Assembly: GCF_004010195.1 (NCBI RefSeq)
Contig: NC_057719.1
Coordinates: 4,950,818-5,014,817 of the forward strand
From: Chiloscyllium plagiosum
Taxonomy: Eukaryota
DNA: 64,000 nt
Reading direction: 5' to 3'
This document shows, piece after piece, positions 48,594 to 60,304 of the stretch. Position numbers and translations under genes: made by a program. A model generated the notes under the pieces. It made no database searches. It saw nothing but the letters and a program-made list of their open reading frames with translations, and was not told the origin of the DNA. The stretch's first letter is position 1; every line of letters begins with the position of its first letter.

Positions 48594-49124
48594 AGAACAG
48601 AAATAAATGTCATTATTTCAGTCAATCATTGTTTAGAGGTGGCTGGGTTTAGTTTTTACTTATCTAAGTTGTAATATACATGTGTCCTCCATTTACTGCA
48701 TCTTGCTGGAGCAATGTCCCTACTCTTACCAGGAGAAATTTCTACAGCTTTGATTGTGTAGCTTGTCAAAGCTTTTAAGTAGACTTTGGAGATACTTGCT
48801 ATAATACGCTGTTTAAACAAACTTTGTTCACTGCAAAGTGTGATCTGGTTCCTGCTGTGAATCCTTCCTAATCTCCAACTTTTTGGCTCACATCATACAT
48901 TGGAGGCAGCTATTCAATTCATTCCACAACCCGTAGCCCTGTAATTTTATGCCCTTCATCTATTTCTCCAATTGCCTTTTGAAAGTTATGCTTTTCATTT
49001 CATTCAGGGGATAGAGACATTGCTAGGTCAGCCCAGTCCCTAATTGTTCCTGGAGGAATGTTGCCCTCTAGGTGGTTGTATTCGGGAAGGGACTGATTTG
49101 CATGGGTAAAGGAGATGATTAGCT

Positions 49125-49358
49125 TCCTCTACAGTGTAGAAACAGGCCCTTCGGCCCAACAAGTCCACAACGGCCCTCTGAAGAGTAACCCACCCAGACC
49201 CATTTCCCTCTGACTAAAGCAGTCTGACACTATGGGCAGTTTAACATGGCAAATTCACCTGACCTGCACATCTTTGGACCGTGGGAGGAAACCCACGCAG
49301 ACACAGGGAGAATGTGCAAACTCCACACACAGTCGTCCAAGGCTGGAATCAGGGCCCC
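49125..49358 (-). mobile_element. HE1/V-SINE followed by poly-C tract (49363-49391)
   Basis: Reverse V-domain and tail. Confidence 0.85.
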
Positions 49359-50441
49359 TGCGCCCCCCCCCCCCCCCCCCCCCCGCCCCCCAAGATCTGG
49401 AGAGAGAAGCAATGGTTTTGTCAAGGTCTGTTTTGAGCAGCTCCATGATGCAGGGCCCTGTGCTCCAAGGGCTATTCCTCATGATGCACACCGAGACAAA
49501 CATCAGCTTGGGTCTGCAGCCACTGCTAAAGCACGATGGAGAAAGGCCTGGTTAAGACCTTTCAGCCAAAGTACTCTGGGGCTGGAAACTGTAGACTCTT
49601 ATTGGGCTTTGTGTCTAAAGAAGATGTGCATTGTAAGCATCAAGAATATTGGAATTGTGTTGTGGCACCTGAGGATGGAACATGGTGCAGAAAAGTTGAT
49701 TTCTCTTGCACTTTCAGTAAGTTTCAATTTGAATAATTTTACCCTCTGGCTGTGTGCAGAATATAGAATAGATATTGTAAATATTAAGAGTATTGCAGTT
49801 ATATTGAGGCACTCAGTGCAGTCTGGAGCTAGTTGAATTTTCTTACAGATTCTGCAGTTTTCAAGTAGAAATGTTTTGTGATACATTTTTGCAAATTTTA
49901 CGAATGAAGAATATTTTTGAAAAGGTTTGGTAAAAGCGGATTGGTAGTCCTTTATAAAAATCTTTTTAGCTGACTTCCCTTGCTGTGATCTCAGAGGGCA
50001 GGAATATCAGATGATTTAATGGCTACCAGAATCCTCATCATCAATAGAGAAAATTAGCCCAAACATTGACTGTTCTGAGCTGAAATTTAAATCTATAATC
50101 TCGGCTGATTCTCTAGTGCAGCACAGAGTGTGTGCGATATCGTTAGAGGCATTGGAAACCAAAACCGAAATTGCTAGAAAAACTGAACAAGTTTAGCAGC
50201 ATCTGTGGAGAAAAAGCAGAGTTAATGTTTTGGATTCGGTGACCCATCTTCAGAACCATTCAGTGGACATTAACCTCCACAAATCACTGTAGAAAGTTCT
50301 GTAAAATTCTCCAGAAATGATGTAGGAATGCTCTTCTAAAATGTGTTGTTTTTTTTAAATGCAGTAATTAACTTCGAGTTGAAAAGGCTTTGGGAGTTGA
50401 TTTCAACAGGGTCTTTGAAGTTGTACCTTTCTTCCATTTAG

Positions 50442-50588
50442 GAACTCCGTGAAGACAATATAGTTTTAATTGAGACCAAGTCCATGTTGGAGGAACAGCT
50501 GATCATTGCACGGGCTCGATGTGACAAGCTGCATGACCTGGAAAAGGAGAACCTGCAGCTCAAATCAAAACTACAGGACCATGAAATG
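50442..50588 (+). CDS. CCDC88C: CCDC88C exon ~11: [20 protein letters not shown]...[15 protein letters not shown] (GC donor)
   Basis: cttccatttag acceptor; the only in-frame donor at the homologous position is ATG|gcaagt; 147 bp. Confidence 0.93.
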
Positions 50589-50828
50589 GCAAGTAATACT
50601 GCACATTGGTGCAGGGCTCAGTGATAAAACCCCCCACTGTAACCTTTAGAACATCTAACAAGGAGCTAACATCAAAATATCAAAGTTGTTGATTGGAGTG
50701 TTGTTGAGAGATGCGTATGTCTGAGTATTTATGCTGTCTGAGGGGTCCCAGATTCCGGTTGACTGCTCTGTGGTCATCATGTTGTGCACAGTCTGTATTA
50801 GATATGGCTCGAGTTCTACATAAAATAA

Positions 50829-51573
50829 TAGATTCCCTACAGCAGGCCATTCAGCCCATCGAATCCACACCAACCCTCTGAAGCAATTGCTGGAAAAGCT
50901 GAACGGGTTTGGCAGCAATTGTGGAGAGAAAACAGAGTTAAAGTTTGGGTCCAGTAACCCTCCTTCAGAACCATTCAGTGGACGTTAACACCACACCACC
51001 ACCTCCACCACATCCCTGTAACTCTGCATTTCCCACGGCCAATCTACACAAGCCTGCACATAGAGTCATAGAGATGTACAGCATGGAAACAGACTCTTCG
51101 GTCCAACCCGTCCATGCCGACCAGATATCTCAACCCAATCTAGTCCCACCTGCCAGCACCCGGCCTATATCCCTCCAAACCCTTCCTATTCATATACCCA
51201 TCCAAATGCCTCTTAAATGTTGCAATTGTACCAGCCGCCTCCACGTCCTCTGGCAGCTCATTCCACCCTCTGCATGAAAATGTTGCCCTGTAGGTATTTT
51301 TTTTTTATATATCTTTCCCCTCTTGCCCTAAACTTATGCCCTCTAGTTCTGGACTCCTTGACCCCTGGGAAAAGACTTTGCCTATTTACCCTATCCATGC
51401 CCCTCATAATTTTGTTAACCTCTATAAGGTCACCCCTGGACTGTGGGAAGAAACCCACACAGAAACTGGGAGAACGTGCAAACTCCACACACAGTTGCCC
51501 GAGGATGGAACTTAACGCAGGTCCTTGGCACTGTGAGGCATTGGTGCTAACCACTGAGCCACCATGCTGCCCC
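50829..51573 (-). mobile_element. Nested cluster: V-SINE interrupted by a family D piece (50885-50990) and a CR1 3' end (51061-51437)
   Basis: SINE tail at 50829, SINE head at 51437-51573, CR1 tail agagtcatagagatgtacag at 51062. Confidence 0.8.
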
Positions 51574-51938
51574 ACATTGCACTCCGTTTCTGTTAGGCGC
51601 AAGTACCCAGGGTCCCAGAATCCAGTTGGTGGATGGGATTAAGATAAAGATAAACCATTACTTAATTGAATGATGGAATAAGGTCTGAGGGCTGAAATGG
51701 CATCCTCCTGCTCCAATGTTCCCCACTGAGGGCCCACCTTTGTAGCTCCCAGATGATTCCATGAGGTTCCAGTCGGAATTTTCACATCTTCCCTCAGAGG
51801 TGGATTGGCGACCCACCCCTACAGCTGAGACCTAGTGACATGTGCTTTCATCCATCGACTCCAATGAATGGGTGGATCTGGTGAGAGGAGCCTGGGCACC
51901 AGTTACTGGGCTCGGGCTGAAGGTTTGCGTTTTGAACA

Positions 51939-51944
51939 ACTAAC
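51939..51944 (+). promoter_or_regulatory. Branch point ACTAAC of the GC-AG intron
   Basis: Consensus branch sequence with branch A about 28 nt upstream of the AAG acceptor at 51969-51971. Confidence 0.6.
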
Positions 51945-51971
51945 ACTGATTTGTGTGTCCGCTCTCGGAAG

Positions 51972-52116
51972 GATCGGGAGGCTGATCGGAAACGCATTGA
52001 GGAGCTTCTCGAGGAGAACATGGTTCTGGAAATAGAGAAGAAACAGAGTATGAATGAGTCCGCGCACCTGGGCTGGGAGCTGGAGCAGATGTCAAAGAGC
52101 ACCGACCTTATGGATG
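51972..52116 (+). CDS. CCDC88C: CCDC88C exon ~12: [48 protein letters not shown]
   Basis: ctctcggaag acceptor, G|gtgagt donor, 145 bp; [15 protein letters not shown] is Daple-type. Confidence 0.94.
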
Positions 52117-52699
52117 GTGAGTATTAGCCCATGTAGCCCAGGCCAGGGAGAGAAACCATCGGCGCTGGTGCATTCCCTGTCCCTGAGCCCCATATCGCCC
52201 ATTCTGTCCAGCTCAGTAAGGTTAAGTTGTTTAAGTTAGGTTCAGCAAAACGTTTGTAGACTACGCCTCTCTTTATAGAGATCATTGAAAGAGTATGATT
52301 CATTATGATCCATATTACAACTTCTGTTTGGACAAACAACTGTTTATATTCTGCAACTAGTTCTGAGTTTATTAACCTGCCCCTAAGCCAGAAGTCAGTT
52401 TTTTTTTTAGTGTTTCCTTTAGAGACTTTCTTGAGGGCTACTTTCGGTTTGCATGGATCACAAACGTATGATCATAGGTACAGACATAGGCCTCAAGAAT
52501 CCTCCTCCATTCAATAAGTTTGGGACTGGTTGGTGTGTGTCAAATTCCACATTTCTGATAAGCTTTGATTCCCCCATTTATCTCCGCCTAAAAAAAATTT
52601 AGTGACCCTCTTTGCACTGCCTTCGGAGGCAGAGTGTTCCAAAATCTTTCAACCCTATAAGAGAAAAATCTCTGTCCAAAAACAGAGCCCCCTACCTTT

Positions 52700-53280
52700 T
52701 GGGCTGACCCACAAGAGGAAATGTCCTTTCCACACCCACTGTGCCAAGACAGTTTGAGGATCTTGTATACCTCAGCAATGTTACTCCACTCGCGTTTCTA
52801 AAACTCCACTGGAATCGAGCCCAGTTTGTCCACCCTTTCCTCATAAGGCAGCCTGCTCACGTTTAGTGTCAATCTGAACCACCTTCAATACACTTACATC
52901 CTTTCTCAAATAAGGAGACCAAAACAAAGCACCATATTCGAAATGTGGCCTCACCAATGCCCTATGTAACTGAAGCATGAAATCTTTACTTTTACATTCA
53001 GTACCTCTTGTAATAAAATGTAGCATTTTGTGAGCATTCTGAATAACTTGCTGTACAATGTGGTAACTTTTTCTGACTCGTGCAATCCAACATCTGAATC
53101 AACCTGCAACTTTGAATTCTGAACTCATCATCCATTTTAAGTAATATTCTTTTTTAAAATTCTTCCTACCAAAGTGAACATCTGCATGCTCAGCACATTA
53201 TACTCCATCTGCCAGATTTTTTGCCCCCTCACCCAACCCATTTGTATTCATCTGCATCACCTTTAGGTCCTCCTCATAAT
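52700..53280 (-). mobile_element. Older CR1-group LINE fragment
   Basis: ORF 52841..53026 LHRALVRPHFEYGALFWSPYLRKDV. Confidence 0.8.
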
Positions 53281-54180
53281 GAGACCATGAGAAATAGGAA
53301 CAGGAGTGGGCCATTCAGCGTCTTCCGCCATTCGATACTATCATAGTGATACTTTCAGTGCAGTCATATCCCTTAGGGAAGGAAACTGTCCTCCTCACCT
53401 GCTCTGGCCTACATGTGACTCCAGACCCACAGCAATGTGGTTGACTCTTAACTGCCCTCTGGACAATTAGGGATGGGTAATAAATGCGACAATCTCATCC
53501 CGTGTGTGATTTTTTTAAAAATCTGTTTTTCTTCCCCATATCTGTCGCTGATACAAATTGTGGTAAGTTGACGCCCTCAGCACAACACGGGTCCTTCAGG
53601 AGATGGTGAATAAAATTCCAGATGGATAATCATCCTGAGAATGGACTAGAATTGAAACCTAAAAGATTAGCTTGAAACTGAAGCATTGAGCCAAAGTTCC
53701 AGTGGCACAATAATGAAGTGTTTACCTGCAGCAATGCTTTTTGACAGAAGAGAATGCGTTAAGATTTCTTTGATGTGAACAGCCCTTTGATGGACAAACA
53801 TCTTTACTTCATCGAGCAACTGCTTGTGGAATGAGAAATGAATTGACAAGTGAACAAACCTTCCCTTCAGCAATCCCCAATAACAGGCAAACACTTAATT
53901 GAAAGATGGATCTGCACAAAAGGATTTTTTTTTGTAATTCGGAAGCCAACTGAATTCTTCAAACTCTGCAACAAAAGGCTTTTCAGAATGCTACATCCTG
54001 GTTACTTTTCCTTTCAGAGTTCCATCTCAACACAGTTGCCTTGTTCATGATTTTTAAGTGTCATTTGGCTATGAGTAATTGTAGATGGAAAGAATAACTT
54101 CTCTGCCATTAATGAACATGAATTTGCTGTTTGTTTTCATTTCTTCACGGCATGTAGGTATCACTGATGAGCATAGTATT

Positions 54181-54468
54181 TAGATTAGATTAGATTCCCT
54201 ACAGTGTGGAAACAGGCCCTTCGGCCCAGTAAGTCTACACTGACCCTCCGAAGAGTAACCCACCCAGTCACATTTCCCTCTTAGAAATGCACCTAACATT
54301 ATGAGCAATTTAGCATGGCTAATTCACCTGCCCTGCACATCTTTGGACTGTGGGAGGAAACTGGAGCACCCAGAGGAAACCCACGCAGACACTGGGAGAA
54401 TGTGCAAACTCTACACACACAGGCTGGAATCGAACCTGGGACCCTGGTACTGTGAGGCAGCAGTGCTC
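54181..54468 (-). mobile_element. HE1/V-SINE
   Basis: (tagat)n tail, V-domain, B box; head abuts the Penelope element. Confidence 0.88.
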
Positions 54469-54469
54469 T

Positions 54470-55620
54470 GTTCTGGATGTAGGTTTGCTTGCTGAGCTTG
54501 AAGGTGCCTCCGGATGAAGCACTGGTAGTATGGCCCACTTTCTATTTGCGCTTAGGTTTCCTTGGGTTGGTAACTTCATTTCCTGTTCTTTTTCTCGGGG
54601 CAAGTAAATGTGGGATCCAAGTCAATGTGTTTGTTGATAGAGTTCAGGTTGGAATGCCATGCTTCTAGGAATTCTCGTGCATGTCTTTGTTTAGCTTGTC
54701 CTAGGATGGGTGTGTTGTCCCAGTAGAAGGGGTGTCCTTCCTCATTCGTATGTGAGGATACTAGTCAGTGTTTCTTTTTGTGGCTAGTTGATGTTCATCC
54801 TGGTGGCTAGTTTTCTGCCTGTTTGTCCAATGTAGTGTTTGTTACAGTTGCAAGGTATTTTGTAAACAACATTAGTTTTGCTTGTTGTCTGTATAGGGTC
54901 TTTCAAGTTCATTCGCTGCTGTTTGTGTGTTGGTGGGTTTGTGGGCTACCATGATACCAAGAGGACTGAGTAGTCTGGCAGTCATTTCCGAGATGTCTTT
55001 GATGTAGGGGAGAGTGGCTAGGGTTTCTGGATGTGTTTTGTCTGCTTGTTTGGGTTTGTTGCTGAGAAATCGGCTGTCTGTGTTCATTGGGTACCTGTTC
55101 TTTTTGAATGCACAGTATAAGTGATTTCCCTCTGCTGTTCATAGTTCTTCTGTGTTGCAGTGTGTGGTGGTTCATTGGATTAATGTTCTAATGCAGCTTT
55201 GTTTGTGGGTGTTGGGATGATTGCTCTTGTAGCTCAGATGAGGATGGACATACAGATGAGAAAGGACACCACTTCAACTGGGATACCACATCCTTCCGAG
55301 GACAAGCCAAACAGAGAGACACGAGAATTCCTAGGAGCATGGCAATCCACCCAGAACTCTACTAACAAACACATTGACTTGGATCCCATTTACCACCTCT
55401 GAGAAAAAGAACAGAAAATAGCATCACCACAGGAAATGACATCACCAACCCAAGGAAAGCTAAACACATAAATAAAAAGTGAGCCATGCCACCAGTGCTT
55501 CATCCGGAGGCTCCCTGATGATACCTGGTATGGTGCCGAAATATCTGAAAATGAATCTTCCAGCTCAGCGAGCAAACCTACATCCAGAGCCTCAACCTGA
55601 GTGACAAATCTTCTCAAAAC
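54470..55620 (-). mobile_element. Penelope-like retroelement (RT thumb + GIY-YIG remnant) with inverted terminal arm
   Basis: Minus strand SNHPNTHK, LATLPYIKDISEMTARLL..GIMVAHKPTN, NVVYKIPCNCNKHYIGQTGRKLATR; 55245-55620 is an inverted copy of the 3' region. Confidence 0.9.
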
Positions 55621-55979
55621 CTGCTAATTTCCTGCCATCCCTAATTGCCCTTGAGAAGGTGATGGTGAGCTTCTTTCTTGAATGACTGCAGTGCTTGGCA
55701 TGTAGGTGCCCTCAGGATAACGGAGGACATTACAGGATTTTGACCCAGCGGCACTGAAAGAATGGGCAATATATTTCCAAGACAGGAGGGTGAGTGGCTT
55801 GGAGGGGAACTTGAAGGTGGTAGTGTTCCCATGTATCTGCTGTCCTTGGACTGCTCAATAGTAGTGAGCGTGGGTTTGGATGATACTGTGCCTTGTAGAT
55901 GGTACACACCACTGCCGATGAATGGCACCAAGTCCACAAACAATCAAGTGGGCTGTTTTGTCCTGGATGATGTCATGGA

Positions 55980-56282
55980 GTCATAGAGATGTCCATAATG
56001 GGAACAGGCCCTTCGGCCCAACGAGTCCACACCGACCTTCCGAAGAGTAACCCATTTCCCTCTGACTAATGCACCTAACACTATGGGCAATTTAGCATGG
56101 CCAGTTGACCTAACCTGCACATCTTTGGACTGTGGGAGAAAACCTCAACACCAGGAGGAAACCCACACAGACACTGGGAGAATGTGCAAACTCCACACAG
56201 ACAGTTGCCCGAGGCTGGAATCAAACCTGGGACCCTGGCGCTATGAGGCAGCAGTGCTGTCCACTGTGCCATCATGATGCCC
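55980..56282 (-). mobile_element. HE1/V-SINE
   Basis: Reverse V-domain and boxes. Confidence 0.85.
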
Positions 56283-56287
56283 TTAAT

Positions 56288-56790
56288 GTGATGATAGGGG
56301 ACTCCTTAGTGAGCGTAACAGGTAGGCTTTTCTGTGGCAGTGAATGTAATTCCAGGATGGTATGTTGCCCTGTGTGGTGTCAGGGTTCATGATGTCACAG
56401 AGCGGCTACTGAGAGAGGGTGAACACCCAGGGGTAACAGTTCACATTGGTACCAGTGACTTGAGCAGGAAGGGGAATGTAGTCTTACAATTTAAGGAGCT
56501 CGGCAGGAAACTAGCAAGCAGGACGTCAAATGTAATAATCTCCAGATTACTCCCAGTGCCAAATTCAAGTAAGTATAGAAATAGGAGGGTAAGGCAGATG
56601 AACGGGTGGCTGGAAAGATAATGCAGGAGCTGGGGTTTAGATTTCTGGGTCACTGGGACTGGCTCTGGGGATGTTGGAGGGGTTGCTTCTGAATAGAGCT
56701 GGGACTGAGCTCGTTGCAAGGTGTTTTGATAGTGCTGTTGAGAGAGCTTTAAACTAATTTAGCAAGGGTGTGGGAACCAAGGGAGAATAG
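56288..56790 (+). mobile_element. CR1 ORF1 SGNH/GDSL esterase remnant
   Basis: VIGDSLV...FCG...SRMVCC, VTVHIGTSD, ELGRKLASRTSNVIIS.LLPVP, MNGWL. Confidence 0.82.
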
Positions 56791-57860
56791 TAAAGGGTTG
56801 GCAAAATACTCAGCGATACATTTGGCAGCAGCAGAGTGGGTAGCAAGTTAAGGTAAAGTCAGAGTAAGGAAGGTCTAAATCAGGGTTGCTTTACCTGTGT
56901 GTGAATGCACAGAGGAAATAAGATTGGGGAGTTACAGGCTCCAGTTGCATTGTGGGAATATGGTGATGTGGCTGTTCTTCAGGTCAGTGATGGTGAGGCC
57001 AATGAATGTTGAGGGGCAATGGTTAGATGCCCTCCTGCTGGAAATGGTCACTGCCCAGCGTGTGTGTGTTATTGTGAAGATGGCGTGATTTTATTCTGAG
57101 GGAACTTTTAGCTGAGTACTCACTTTGCTAAAAGTGTAGATGTCACTGTGCTATCTCCCATGATTGTAGAAATGCTGTTTACCTGCAATGAGGGTATTTG
57201 CAGAGTTTTATAAGATTGACATTAACTCAAACAGAGATCTGAATGTTGAGAGACAGTTGGTAAAGGGAGGTGTCTGCAATTGAGAATGAAAAGTTCAACT
57301 TTTAGATTGTGACAATAGCGTACTATGTTCAGGTGCACAGCTCCAGCTTTTCTCATTTTCAAACTTATAAAGAGTCAACACGTAAGCAGGAGGCCATTCA
57401 GCCCAGTGAGTCCCACGTTTCTTGTTTCCCACCACCATAATCCTGCAAATCCCTACTGCAGCCAATCTTAAATATTATTTTGCAGATCCTCATGTTAACA
57501 TCCTGTTGGGGACCATTAACATTCAAAGGGGAAACCTGGTCTGATACTGGAATCTGAATGCATCATTTTGATCATTTCTACCATCGCCCCAAGCCCCACA
57601 AAGTTGTCTTCATGTTCCCCTTAAGCCTGTAAATATTTTCTCTTGTGTTTTTTTAACTAATTCCCTTTGAAAAGTTATTCAGTCAGCTTGCGTCACTCAT
57701 CAGGCAGTGCTTTCCAAAACATCGTAACTTCTTATCCTTCTCCCAATGATGTCTAGTCACTGACTGACTGACCATTTCTGCTCGGTTTCCTTTATTGAAT
57801 TTGCTGTCAGTTTCAATCTGTTTGTAACGAGTGTCTGCTCGTGTCTAATCTTGCTTGCAG

Positions 57861-58045
57861 CTAGCCGCAAGTCATTTGTGCTCGAGATGAATGAGTCTGC
57901 GTCGAGCCGGATCCTGAAGTTGGAGAAGGAGAATCAGAGTCTGCAACATGAGGTTCAGGAGCTGCAGCAAGCTTTACTGGCCGTGGGGGAGAGCAATGCC
58001 AGAATCGTGGAGCTGGAGAAAGAGAGCGAGCTCCTCACCGTCCAG
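57861..58045 (+). CDS. CCDC88C: CCDC88C exon ~13: (A)[28 protein letters not shown]...LLTVQ
   Basis: ttgcttgcag acceptor, CAG|gtttga donor, 185 bp; [24 protein letters not shown] diagnostic of Daple. Confidence 0.95.
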
Positions 58046-59586
58046 GTTTGAAATGGGCACGTGGATGTTTTGGCTGCGGTCCATTCTAAGAGGCTTTTTC
58101 AAAAACTAATTCATTCATGGGGTCGCTGGCTGGGCCAGCATTTATTACCCGTCCCTAGTTGCCCCATGAGAAGGTGGGGGTGAGCTGCCGCCTTGAACTG
58201 CTGCAGTCCATGTGCTGTAGGTAGACCCTTAATGCCGTAGAGAGAGAGATCCAGGATTTTGACCCAGCGGCAGTGAAGGAACGGTGAGTGGCTTGGAGGG
58301 GAGCTTGTAGGGAGGTGGTGTTCATGTGAATCTATGTAGAAACATAGAAGATAGGTGTAGACCACTTGACCCTCCAACCTGTCCCACTATTCAATATCAT
58401 CATAGCTCATCAGCCAACTCTGTTCTCCCATACTGTCTGGTCCCTTTAGCCCCACTCACACCCAACTTCCTCTTGAAATCATACAATGTTTTGGCTTGAT
58501 GACTTTCTGTGATAATGAATTCCACAGGTTGACCACTTTCTTCGTGAAGGTATTTCTCCCCGTCTCAGTCCAAAATGGCCTGCCCCATTTCCTTAGACCC
58601 GGTGACCCCCTGGTTCTGAGCTCCTTGCTCATTGGAAACATCCTTCCTCTACCCATCTGCTGCCCTCACCCTTCCAGGAGCTTAATGGCTGTGGGTTTTG
58701 AAAGGAACTGATGAAGGAGCGTTGGTGAGTTGATGCAGACGGTGTACACTGCTGTGACTGTGCGCCGGTGGTGAAGGGATGGAAGGGGTGGACGAGATGT
58801 CAGCCAAGTGGGCTGTTTAGTGCCCGGTGGGGATGAGCCTCTGTGAAACAGCACGCGATGACTTTTAGATCCATGCTACTGGGCAGTTAGGGCCTCAGAT
58901 TGACCTCTGAAAGGAAACAATGACAGCTCCAACACTGCAGCACCCTCTCAGCCCTGCATGGATTGAGGGCACAAGGCACTCGAGTGAATCTGAAACCACC
59001 TGATTCCAAAGGGAGAGCGCTACCCAACCCTGGCACTGGGCATTTGCGGTGAGGTCAAAGGTCACATTCCAGTAGCGGATGTATTTGCCTCAGTACCATC
59101 TCCTTTGAGGGGCAGCGGGATGCAGAAGCTTTTGGCTTCAGAAATGTTAAAAAGCAGTTAGAAACAAAACTGCGCTGGACTTCAAAACCACCCACTGCAG
59201 GTTCTCCTGCGGCACCACTCACTGTCCTGACTTGGAAATATCACTGTACCTTCACTGTCGCTCAGTTAAAATCCTGGAATTCCCTCCCTAAGGGAATGGA
59301 GTCTGGCTTCCAGAAGGCAGCTCACCATCACCTTCTCAAGGGCAATTAGGGACCGGCAATAAATGCTGGCCCAGACATCCCATGGAGAAAGCAGATACCC
59401 TCACCCCATTGTCCTACCCAATATTTATTCCTCACCAGAGGCACTAAAATCACTTGTTTTAGTAATTATCGTGTTGGTGTCAGTGGACTCTTGCTGTTCG
59501 CCACTTGTACGCTGCTTTTCGCAAGTTACAACTGCAAACATTGAGCTGCTGTTTCATTGGCTGTAGACTGCTTTAGGATGTCCCAT

Positions 59587-60075
59587 TTAGTTAGAGACAA
59601 AAACTGTAGGTGATGGAATCCAAAGTAGACAAACAGTAGGCTGGAAGAACACAACAAGCCAGGCAGCATCATGGGGTGGAGAAGTCTCTAAGTTTGTACC
59701 ACCGCCAAGTCCTTTCAAAGGATGCCCACGTTGAAGAAGTTCTCTGCCTCCCTCAGCCATGGACTCGGAGTCCCTTTCACTTTGCCAAAGCGCCGTGACC
59801 TCACCATGCCTCCAAATGAACCCGCCCTTCCAGCTGCCAATCGGATTCATTCCTCCCATCAACCAACCAGGTTGTACCTACCACCTGTACTCACCGATCC
59901 CTACCTCACCACTCCGCCCTTCCCCTACCCATAGCCCACCCCCACCCCCTGGTATCTGCAGCTCCCCCCACACCCACCCCCAGTCCTGAAGAAGGCTTAT
60001 ACCCAAAAAGTAACTTCTCCAGCTCCTGACGCGGCCTGGCTTGCTCTGTTCTTCCAGCCTCCTGCCCGTCTACTC
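59587..60075. mobile_element. Family C Penelope-derived element with inverted arms and 12-bp TSD
   Basis: TSD AGGATGTCCCAT at 59575-59586 and 60076-60087; CTGAAGA core near 59986. Confidence 0.7.
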
Positions 60076-60166
60076 AGGATGTCCCATGGCTGTGAAAGAC
60101 GGCTACAGCAATGCAGTTCTCTCTTCACCATTGAAGGCCGGTTTCTGACCGTCACTTTGTTTTCAG

Positions 60167-60304
60167 GTGCAGAAACTTCAATCTGAACTCGATCAGGAGA
60201 AGCAGAGTAACCAGGACATGGGAAACCTGAGTGAGGAGCTCCTCCAAGACAAAACCCAACTCAGGGAAAGCTTGGAGACCCTCCGAGCTGAGAAAGAGCG
60301 ACAG
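60167..60304 (+). CDS. CCDC88C: CCDC88C exon ~14: VQKLQSELDQEKQSNQDMGNLSEELLQDKTQLRESLETLRAEKERQ
   Basis: ctttgttttcag acceptor, CAG|gtaaca donor, 138 bp. Confidence 0.94.

Noticed and set aside
49246..49836. 196-aa proline-rich ORF
   Set aside because: Built from an antisense SINE plus a poly-C tract; no coding features.
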